DNA from: Candidatus Thorarchaeota archaeon
Lineage (GTDB): Archaea > Asgardarchaeota > Thorarchaeia > Thorarchaeales > Thorarchaeaceae
Length of the DNA: 21,894 bases
Assembly (NCBI GenBank): GCA_003345555.1
Contig: PRDJ01000056.1
Coordinates: forward strand, 1 to 21,894
Direction of reading: 5' to 3'
The translations under genes and the position numbers were made by a program. Of the stretch, positions 7,367-15,058 are shown piece after piece (the first letter of the stretch is position 1; every line of letters begins with the position of its first letter). Below the pieces are notes generated by a model that was not told the DNA's origin, searched no databases, and saw only the letters and a list, made by a program, of their open reading frames with translations.

Positions 7367-8236
7367 GTGTCCGCGAAACTCACTATCCGAACTCCGTTGG
7401 CTGAAGAAAAGGAGCGATTCTACGACGTCTACAACACGGGGCTACCGGGTGTCGATGAAACAACTCATGAGAGTTTCTCAAAATCGTGGGACACTAATTG
7501 GAGCAATGGCAATCTTGAGAAACTATGGCGAGTAGCTGTTCTAGGCAACGAGATTGTGGGAGTTGTAATCAGTTCAGTTATTGAGTCTTTGAAATGGGGC
7601 ATGGTGGCGGAGCTAGCTGTGATCCCCGAACACCGTGGCAAGGGCATAGGCAAGAAGCTCATAGCAGAGTCGGAGCAACTAGTGTTGAAGAGCGGGTCAG
7701 ACATCACCGACCTTGCCATCGGCGTGAAGACTCATAACTCTCGGGCCTTTTCCCTTTACGAAAGACTCGGATACGCTGTGCGTTTCCTGGTGATTCGTTT
7801 GGGAAACAGTCCTTGGCAGACTAGCCCTAACCAACGACTTGTAGTTCGTGACGCTGAAACCAGAGATGTGGCGAAACTGCTTCGCCTTGTTCCTGATGCA
7901 TACTGGAACGCAAATGGTGCGAATGCCTGGAAGAAATGTATTTCGGAAGGGAACTGTCATGTGCTAATGACTCGCGAGGGCGAGAAGACGGTGGGCGCCG
8001 TAAACTTGCCCGAGGAAAGGAAAGACAGCAGCTCAACGGAACTGGCGTTGAGCTTCAAACTAGGATTCGGCAACGTTGTACTCGACACGGCAGTGACCCT
8101 TGTCAAGACGAGACAAGTCTATGTATGGCTGCAAGACAACCATCAAGACCTCATCGACTACGCATATCGAAGGGGGCTCAAGCGTGTCGACTCTGAATAC
8201 CTCATGAGGAAGCCTATTGGCGATAAGACGAGGTGA
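7367..8236 (+). CDS. GNAT N-acetyltransferase, probably with a degenerate second GNAT domain
   Basis: Acetyl-CoA motif A LAVIPEHRGKGIGKKL and motif B N..AFSLYERLGY; GTG start with GAGG upstream. The C-terminal half lacks motif A. Confidence 0.88.
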   Translation: MSAKLTIRTPLAEEKERFYDVYNTGLPGVDETTHESFSKSWDTNWSNGNLEKLWRVAVLGNEIVGVVISSVIESLKWGMVAELAVIPEHRGKGIGKKLIAESEQLVLKSGSDITDLAIGVKTHNSRAFSLYERLGYAVRFLVIRLGNSPWQTSPNQRLVVRDAETRDVAKLLRLVPDAYWNANGANAWKKCISEGNCHVLMTREGEKTVGAVNLPEERKDSSSTELALSFKLGFGNVVLDTAVTLVKTRQVYVWLQDNHQDLIDYAYRRGLKRVDSEYLMRKPIGDKTR

Positions 8237-8982
8237 TTCTTATTCCGTTCCGTGACTTCCCACCTGTTCTCAAACCAACCACGAATGCAGAAGAGTCCTC
8301 AACCAACATCGAACAAGAGTGGAATAGCCAAGATTGGCTTAATGGCGCGAAAGAGCTGATTCGTTGGTCGCACTCGCTCGCAGGCGATGACTCGTTCATG
8401 CTAGTTGTTAGACACTCTCACAGAGAGATAATCGCAAGCTATGATGACATGGTTGGCAGAGGACTGACTGGACTAGGACATCGAATGGCAAGGGAATTCG
8501 GTAGGAGACTCCCCCTACGAAAGGACACAAGGATATTCCATAGCTACGTGCCACGATGCACGGAGACGGCCGAGGATATTGCGGAAGGCATTCGTGACGC
8601 GGGCGGCATCGTGGATTTTGTTGAAGCCTCTGACCTTCTCGTGGGACCCCGTGTGATAGACCCACAGTTGTGGCAGAAGATTGGTAGGGACGGGATCCGT
8701 GTCCTCGGGTTTGTCGAAGAGTGGCATAGCGGTATGTATACCGAACAACAGATGGAGTCTTACGACAAGTTCCAGACGAGAGTTGTTCGAGAGATGATTC
8801 GGAAACTCAGGTCGGCTCCCGAGGGCTCGATGCACTTGCACGTCACCCACGATCTCTTTCTGGCGGCTGCGAAAAGAGCCATGCAGACCACTTATGCCAG
8901 CGTCAGCGACAGGCCTTCTTACCTAGCGGGGTTTGGAGTAATCGTCAGACCCAAGAAATCAGTCGCCTTTGAGATAAGATGA
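8233..8982 (+). CDS. Histidine phosphatase superfamily protein
   Basis: VVRHS (RHG variant), S..PRCTETA and a distal HVTHD. The GTG start overlaps the GNAT stop (GTGA); the exact start is uncertain. Confidence 0.82.
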   Translation: MILIPFRDFPPVLKPTTNAEESSTNIEQEWNSQDWLNGAKELIRWSHSLAGDDSFMLVVRHSHREIIASYDDMVGRGLTGLGHRMAREFGRRLPLRKDTRIFHSYVPRCTETAEDIAEGIRDAGGIVDFVEASDLLVGPRVIDPQLWQKIGRDGIRVLGFVEEWHSGMYTEQQMESYDKFQTRVVREMIRKLRSAPEGSMHLHVTHDLFLAAAKRAMQTTYASVSDRPSYLAGFGVIVRPKKSVAFEIR

Positions 8983-9035
8983 AGACAATCTTCATTCTTT
9001 CAAACACTGATAGACAATGGATCCCCTCATACCTT

Positions 9036-9058
9036 CGCTGGATCCGGATGATTCAGCG
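9036..9058. other. Intergenic hairpin
   Basis: CGCTGGATC-cggat-GATTCAGCG: a 9-bp stem with one G.U pair on the plus strand, between the histidine phosphatase and S66 genes. Confidence 0.4.
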
Positions 9059-9123
9059 TCTAACAAAGGATTTAGGACAGATGCTTGTCTAGAGAGCAAC
9101 CCAGACGTAGGAGTGCGATTCGC

Positions 9124-10080
9124 GTGAAACTAGTAAAACCAAGAAGAATCGCCGAAGGCGATACAATTGGGGTAGTTGCACCATCTCATCCTGTCACGTT
9201 GTTTCAGAAACAGTACAATGACGGGATTAGGAACCTCAGACAACTCGGCTTCGGGGTGAAAGAGGGCAAGACTGTGGGACTTACTTACAGAGACTACATG
9301 GCAGGAACAGACAAGGAAAGAGCAGAAGACATCAACGCCATGTTTGCAGACCGAGAGGTGAAAGCAATCGTGTGTGCCTTAGGTGGGCAGGTGGCAATTC
9401 GCACACTGCGTCATCTGGACTTCAACGTGATTAGGGCAAATCCAAAGGTCTTCTCTGGAATGAGCGATATCACAACCTACCATCTGGCCTTCTTGGCGCG
9501 CTCAGGTCTCAGTGGACTTCATCAACACGATGTGACCTTTGGATTTGGTACTGACCTAGACAGTGGCGATGCCAAATTTGAACGGAATCTCTTCTTCAAG
9601 CTCACCATGAATCCGGAGAGATTAGGGCAAATACCGGCCCTCACCAAGTGGGAGGTCTGGCGCGAAGGTTCCGCCAAGGGCAGGTTGTTCGGTGGCAACA
9701 TGAATAGTATTCAGTGTTCAATAGGAACACGCTACATTCCCAGTTTGGACGAAGATATCATCTTCTTTTGGGAAGCGATGACTCAGCCCCTTAGCCACAT
9801 TGATCAGAAGTTGGCTCACTTCAGAGAAGCAGGCCTGTTCGACAGAGCTGCTGGAATGCTCATCGGCAAAATCAGAGGGGAGGAAGGAGGGTCCGTTAAA
9901 GACATGACAGCTGATGTGAAACCAGCCGTAATGGATATAGCTGATGAGTTTGACTTCCCAGTTATCGCAGGGATGGACTTCGGCCACTACACACCCAATG
10001 TACCATTGCCAATGTGGCTGAAAGCAAGTATGAACACCGACGAGGTCAAGGTTAGTGTTGACGAGCCATTTGTTACATAG
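9124..10080 (+). CDS. Peptidase S66 family (LD-carboxypeptidase / MccF-like)
   Basis: KP..I..GDTIGVVAPS; catalytic Ser in GMSDIT; GRLFGGN; Glu in FFWE; His in DFGH. GTG 9124 with upstream GGAG is preferred over TTG 9085. Confidence 0.92.
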   Translation: MKLVKPRRIAEGDTIGVVAPSHPVTLFQKQYNDGIRNLRQLGFGVKEGKTVGLTYRDYMAGTDKERAEDINAMFADREVKAIVCALGGQVAIRTLRHLDFNVIRANPKVFSGMSDITTYHLAFLARSGLSGLHQHDVTFGFGTDLDSGDAKFERNLFFKLTMNPERLGQIPALTKWEVWREGSAKGRLFGGNMNSIQCSIGTRYIPSLDEDIIFFWEAMTQPLSHIDQKLAHFREAGLFDRAAGMLIGKIRGEEGGSVKDMTADVKPAVMDIADEFDFPVIAGMDFGHYTPNVPLPMWLKASMNTDEVKVSVDEPFVT

Positions 10081-10204
10081 ATGTTCAGATCCGCAATGTG
10101 ATCCCTGATTCGCCGTCCGCAAGCTCACGAATATGGAGTCCCCTAATGCAGGAAATCCCGTGAACGCGGCCCAGAAGATACCAGTTGTCACACGAACGGG
10201 GCGG

Positions 10205-10942
10205 CTAATCTTGCTTTGATTGAGGACGCGTCTTGAATTCCTGAAGATTCTCAGGTGGCCAACCCCTAGGAGTCTGATATCCTCTCATAAATCTGAAATC
10301 ACAGATTGGATGACCGCACCCTAGCGTTTGGGTGCGCATGAAACCAATGCCCATCGCCCGCATTCTTACGAAGTCTCCTAGGCATGCATAGGGGGCGGCT
10401 TCCTCGGCGTGGTGCTCTCGAATCAACTTGAGCCAGCCGCATTCCACGAAATTGAGCCCCCAGTCGAACGACCTACCATCTCCTTCTATGAACTCTCCAA
10501 CCCAATTCCCCGCATACTGCCTCCTCTGGGTTTCAGCCGCCCATTTCCTCCAACTACGTTTTGCGCGGCTCGAGAATGCCATCCAACGAAACATCCGTTT
10601 CTTGATACTTGAAACTGAGTCGTAATACGCTTCTCCCACTTCGTACATCAGCTGGGCGAATTCCCTGACATCCAATCCAACGCTCTTGCAGGCTTTATAG
10701 AATGCAAGTGTCTGAGCTGACTGGAGTATCAGCCCCAAAGAGGGATTGTTCTTGCCACCCAAGAAGGGTAGGCTCGGAAGAAGCGCCTCAAATTCGTCCG
10801 TCGATCTCCTAGTCAGTTCGCTTAGGGTTTCTTCACCGAAGTGCTTTCGTCCGACTTCAGTCGCCGTGAGCATCATCTTGCTGAACTGATTCATTATCTC
10901 CTTCTTATGTTCCAGATAGTAATTGCCTTGACTACTAACCAT
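10205..10942 (-). CDS. ATC-hydrolase-family protein (the L-2-amino-thiazoline-4-carboxylic acid hydrolase label is family-level only)
   Basis: C-terminal FDWGLNFVECG...YAC..D...G..F.RTQTL..G...CDFRF pattern. Confidence 0.78.
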   Translation of the reverse strand: MVSSQGNYYLEHKKEIMNQFSKMMLTATEVGRKHFGEETLSELTRRSTDEFEALLPSLPFLGGKNNPSLGLILQSAQTLAFYKACKSVGLDVREFAQLMYEVGEAYYDSVSSIKKRMFRWMAFSSRAKRSWRKWAAETQRRQYAGNWVGEFIEGDGRSFDWGLNFVECGWLKLIREHHAEEAAPYACLGDFVRMRAMGIGFMRTQTLGCGHPICDFRFMRGYQTPRGWPPENLQEFKTRPQSKQD

Positions 10943-11035
10943 TCTCCGCGCACCTAGCTAGAATCAAAGTTCTAGAGTATGGATGTTCTGCAAAACGCGT
11001 CTTTTAGGGAAATAGGTCCCAGCATCCTCACATGA

Positions 11036-11782
11036 CTAAGTCGGAAATGGCTGGAGGTCCAGTAAGATTACTCCAAGGAGCTCCTCGTATGTCATCCCTA
11101 TTAGCCATGGCGTCAGAAGCAGGAGTGTAATGCAGATTACTCCGAAGGCCAAGGTGGCGTAATCTTTGCGAGCCCATGTCACCTCCAGCCGTGCATCTTG
11201 CGAAACCAACTCCGGCTGAAACGGCGACTCTTTAGAGTCAGGGAGTCCGGGCATATTTGCGTCATCCACTTCAGCATCGTCTCCCTTCAGGACCACATTA
11301 TCATCACCCTTCATGCTGCCTCTGAGTCCAACAGCTTTGGATGTGGTCCGGGCGATGTCATCAGCAGAGAGCATTATACCGCGTATTGCTCCTTCGTACC
11401 CTCCAAGTCGGGCTCCGCTACGGACTCCAACCCGACTAATTGCCCCCACACGAGATATATTGCCGAGCCCGGCCACGCCAAACAGGAAACCCATGTAGGC
11501 GTCCACGACGAACGAGAATGCAATAAATGACAAGTCAAGCTTCAGGTGCCACAAAGATCTCCCCAGTACTCGCCTCATGGGTTTTGAAGAATGATGGTAA
11601 TGACGTACGATCTCGAATGCAAAGTGAATACCAACGATTAGCACAAGCCAGAACAGACTCACAAAAACGCTGAGGATTATGGCAAGACCGACGTAAAGCA
11701 CGTTGAAGACTCTGCTCTTGTCATGATCTATTATCCATCTGTGGGCAGAGTTCAGCCCCGCCTGGCTCAGCGTTACCACCAC
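11036..11782 (-). CDS. Uncharacterised integral membrane protein
   Basis: 248 aa; three or four N-terminal hydrophobic helices, a Gly/Arg-rich segment, an acidic linker and a C-terminal helix. GTG start. Confidence 0.75.
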   Translation of the reverse strand: MVVTLSQAGLNSAHRWIIDHDKSRVFNVLYVGLAIILSVFVSLFWLVLIVGIHFAFEIVRHYHHSSKPMRRVLGRSLWHLKLDLSFIAFSFVVDAYMGFLFGVAGLGNISRVGAISRVGVRSGARLGGYEGAIRGIMLSADDIARTTSKAVGLRGSMKGDDNVVLKGDDAEVDDANMPGLPDSKESPFQPELVSQDARLEVTWARKDYATLAFGVICITLLLLTPWLIGMTYEELLGVILLDLQPFPT

Positions 11783-11996
11783 TTTTCGACGCCGCCATAT
11801 GTTCTATTAAGACTATGCGGCACAAGGCCAAGCGGGAATCCATAAGATAAGACTCCGGGTGTGGCATACACGGAGTTCCCTCCGCCGTCATTCCGCGGCC
11901 AGAAGGCTACCTCTTGATGCTTTTCCGTTGGTTGCGCTTTCCCTCTCCGTAAGGCAGAAGAGCTATGTATGTCAGTATTTCGCCGGTACTGATGAT

Positions 11997-13073
11997 TTGA
12001 AGCCAGAAGATAATAGCAGCCTCTTCGACCCAAGGGTAGTTAGAGAGGGACTTCTTCAAAGAAACGAAGGTGAGGACGCAAGATGCCTAACCTGCAACCA
12101 TCGTTGTCTCATCCAAGATGGTAAGAGAGGGCTCTGCGGAACAAGAATAGGCGTCAACGGCAGAGTGACGACTCTCTGTTACGGGAACATCTCTTCAATC
12201 AGCAATAATCCAATCGAGAAGAAGCCGTTCTTCCATTTTGCTCCGGGCACCATGGCTCTCACTGTGGGCAGCTGGGGATGCAATGCCACTTGTCTGTTCT
12301 GTCAGAACTATGAAATCTCGAAGAGAAAGCCAACTCCTGATATCTCTCGTTACATGAGTCCCGAGGAGTTTGTCGATAGAGCACTTTTGCAAGGCAGTGA
12401 GGGAACATCAATCTCTCTCAACGAAGCAGCCACGTTGATGCTTGAGTGGAACATTGAGGTATTCAAGCTGGCCCACGAGAGGGGACTTTACAATTCCATC
12501 GTGACAAATGGGTACATGACAGACGATGCAGTTGACTTGATGGCAGATGCGGGTCTTGATGCCGCGAATGTTGACATCAAAGGCTGTGCAGAGGCAGTTC
12601 AGAGGATCTGCGGCCTTCACATCGAGCATGTTTGGGACTGCATTGCTCATATGAAGAAGATGGGCGTTCATGTAGAGCTTACGACACTTGTTGTCCCGGG
12701 TCTCAGCGATGATGAAGACTGTCTTCGACAAATCGCGTCACGCATAGTTTCAGACTTTGGTCCAGACATGCCTTGGCATGTGAACAGATTCTTTCCTTAC
12801 TATCGATACAAGAAACCAAAGACGCCAATTGAAGTGCTTCTTAAGGCAAGAGACTTAGGACGACGGTCAGGCCTCCACTATGTCTACATAGGCAATGCCC
12901 TACAACAAGGTCTGGAAGATACTATCTGCCCACGGTGCGGCAACTTGTGCTACAATAGGTACGGACTGCACTCCACGAACACAGGTTCCGACGCACAGGG
13001 AAGATGTGCTAGATGTGGTCTTGATTTAGGAATCGTAACATGGTCCCGCGACAGAAAGCACGCATTCAACTAG
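11997..13073 (+). CDS. amrS: AmmeMemoRadiSam-system radical SAM enzyme
   Basis: CLTCNHRC..CGTR N-terminal Cys cluster; PIEKKPFFHF; SAM-cluster motif CNATCLFCQN; C-terminal CPRCG/CARCG. The ORF opens at 11859, but family N-termini fit TTG 11997 better. Confidence 0.88.
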   Translation: MKPEDNSSLFDPRVVREGLLQRNEGEDARCLTCNHRCLIQDGKRGLCGTRIGVNGRVTTLCYGNISSISNNPIEKKPFFHFAPGTMALTVGSWGCNATCLFCQNYEISKRKPTPDISRYMSPEEFVDRALLQGSEGTSISLNEAATLMLEWNIEVFKLAHERGLYNSIVTNGYMTDDAVDLMADAGLDAANVDIKGCAEAVQRICGLHIEHVWDCIAHMKKMGVHVELTTLVVPGLSDDEDCLRQIASRIVSDFGPDMPWHVNRFFPYYRYKKPKTPIEVLLKARDLGRRSGLHYVYIGNALQQGLEDTICPRCGNLCYNRYGLHSTNTGSDAQGRCARCGLDLGIVTWSRDRKHAFN

Positions 13074-13099
13074 AAGTGAATTGTGGAAAGGGCATTCCT

Positions 13100-14974
13100 T
13101 CACGGAGTCGGTGTCACAGGAGACTTTCGGGATATTCTAGACACTATTGTGCTGCCCAAGAGACCAAGAAACGCGAAGAGAGTGAACGCCAAGTATGAAA
13201 GGACCACAAAAAAGTACATTATTGGCCGGTCTGCGTCCGGAGCAAACCAAAGTAGTCCCGGTCCCACATCAACTATGAAGTACGCAGTTGTAAGCAGAAA
13301 AACAACTGTTACTAGAAAGACAAACGCAGTGGCCCATGGCGTCATGTCGGATTTGTTTGGGGATACGCGATTCGTCGCCTTGAGCAACAGTAAGAGAAGG
13401 ACCCCGCCTAGTACGATCGCAAAGAGGGTCGGACCAAAGGTCATCACCAGAAACTCCTCAACACTTGTGAAGAAGTAGCTGGCAGAGAATCTCCAGCCAA
13501 ACAACAATAGCCCAATGTACAGGAAGCCGAAGTAGGCTAGGACGCTGATGACTACAACCAGCATCCTGAGCCCGTCAGTTGCTGTGTTCCTTGCCCGGGC
13601 CATGGGGCCTCGTATGACAATCGCCACGAGCAGAATGACTACGGCTGAAATCGCCGTGACAACAACCAGTCTCACTGTGCGTTCCTCGGCAGCCTTTGCC
13701 GCCCACGACTCTCGCAGAACAGTCTCAGCAGTTGCTTGCGCTAAAGCTGCGTCTTGTATAGCTGCAGTCCAGTTTCCGCCGGTGAAGTTGCCCCTCGAGT
13801 ATACAACATGAATTGCACAATCTGCGAGAGACGCTGCGTAGATTGAAAGGTAGCCCATCTTGCTGACTGTCTTTCCGGCTTGGGTCATGCGTACCTCTGA
13901 GAGATTGATTCTATGGATAGCTTCCTGCTGTTGAGTCAAGTTGAGGCATTCAAAGAGAATGGTTCCAGAGCAGTCGGAAGGAACCGCCCAGCCCATAGCA
14001 GCGGCAATCGTGGGAGCAATTGAGTTCTGATGTGCTGACGCGCCATAGACGCCGGGTATGACCCCCGGTCCCCTTATGATGAGAGGAATATGAAGCACGC
14101 TCTCTTCGGTTCCACCATGCTCTCCGTGACCGGGACGAGCATCTACTTGACCATGATCTGCTGCCACGATCACCAGTGTCGAGTTTAGTAGTCCAGCAGC
14201 TTCGTAGGCGTCCAGGATTTCCCCAACGTAGAAGTCCTCGTCCTTGAACGCATTCACATACGATTCGCTAGACGTACCATTCTCATGTCCAGCCTCGTCC
14301 GTTCCTCCGAAATGAACAAGCATGAATGTTGGCTGATGACGCTCCAGAACCAAACGGGCATACGAGGATACAAGACTGTCATGATATGCAGGCAGCAATG
14401 TCTCGTTCACTGCAGCTCCACTTGTAGCATTAATGACCGTAACAGCACGATTCGGTACCATCGTGGTGAAGGTGAGAGAATAGTTGAGCCACGGACCGAA
14501 TAGCTCGTTCCAGTCGTCACTACCTACGACAGCCGTGGTTCCTGAATTCGCGATTGTCGTATTCCAAACTGAGTCGGCCCGGAATACGCCCGCCACGTCG
14601 TTGCTGATCACTCCGCTTTCGGTTGAATTCACTCCCGAAGGAATCACGGCGTATCCGGTTCTACTTACGCTTAGAAGGGTCGAACAATGCACCGCCGTGA
14701 AGTTGGCCCAGTTTCCCAATGATTCAATATGTGGCTTTGGAGTGTTATAGAAAGTGTCTGCCCGAAGGCCATCGAGCACGAATACGACAGTGTGGTTGGC
14801 AAGTGGAATGGCGCCCATCCCATCAATGGACGAGACCGGTCCCGTCGGAATGTAGCTGTATGGATTGGTAAATGACGTGTAGGTTGAGAGGCCTGACACT
14901 AACAGCCCTATGTAGGAAAACGAGACCAACAGGAGAAAGGCCGCTGTATACCTCACACTGCGGTTTTTTGACAT
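13100..14974 (-). CDS. Membrane-bound alkaline-phosphatase-superfamily protein (phosphodiesterase / phosphoethanolamine-transferase-like)
   Basis: Metal-binding motifs VLDGLRAD, HFGGTDEAGH, AADHG and HGG; likely nucleophile Ser in LSVSR. One N-terminal and about 5 C-terminal hydrophobic helices; 13 sequons between them. Confidence 0.85.
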   Translation of the reverse strand: MSKNRSVRYTAAFLLLVSFSYIGLLVSGLSTYTSFTNPYSYIPTGPVSSIDGMGAIPLANHTVVFVLDGLRADTFYNTPKPHIESLGNWANFTAVHCSTLLSVSRTGYAVIPSGVNSTESGVISNDVAGVFRADSVWNTTIANSGTTAVVGSDDWNELFGPWLNYSLTFTTMVPNRAVTVINATSGAAVNETLLPAYHDSLVSSYARLVLERHQPTFMLVHFGGTDEAGHENGTSSESYVNAFKDEDFYVGEILDAYEAAGLLNSTLVIVAADHGQVDARPGHGEHGGTEESVLHIPLIIRGPGVIPGVYGASAHQNSIAPTIAAAMGWAVPSDCSGTILFECLNLTQQQEAIHRINLSEVRMTQAGKTVSKMGYLSIYAASLADCAIHVVYSRGNFTGGNWTAAIQDAALAQATAETVLRESWAAKAAEERTVRLVVVTAISAVVILLVAIVIRGPMARARNTATDGLRMLVVVISVLAYFGFLYIGLLLFGWRFSASYFFTSVEEFLVMTFGPTLFAIVLGGVLLLLLLKATNRVSPNKSDMTPWATAFVFLVTVVFLLTTAYFIVDVGPGLLWFAPDADRPIMYFFVVLSYLAFTLFAFLGLLGSTIVSRISRKSPVTPTP

Positions 14975-15058
14975 CAGACCGACAACTCCTCTGCGAGTAT
15001 TCTACGTTATTGCAGGAAAAAGCACGAACTGCCGATGCTATATCAATTGCTTCTCCTC

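Noticed and set aside
7239-7535. 98-aa ORF starting in an AGGTGA motif
   Set aside because: It overlaps the GNAT gene by about 170 nt in another frame, has low-complexity content and shows no recognisable motif.
11276-11313. Imperfect 14-nt direct repeat with a 24-nt period (KGDD twice in the protein)
   Set aside because: Only two copies, inside an acidic coding linker; most likely a small local duplication.
11833-11880. Hairpin ACTCCG...CGGAGT with flanking GGGAA/TTCCC in the divergent spacer, considered as a riboswitch or tRNA fragment
   Set aside because: The stems are short and compete with each other. There is no cobalamin-riboswitch core and no cloverleaf or T-loop consensus.
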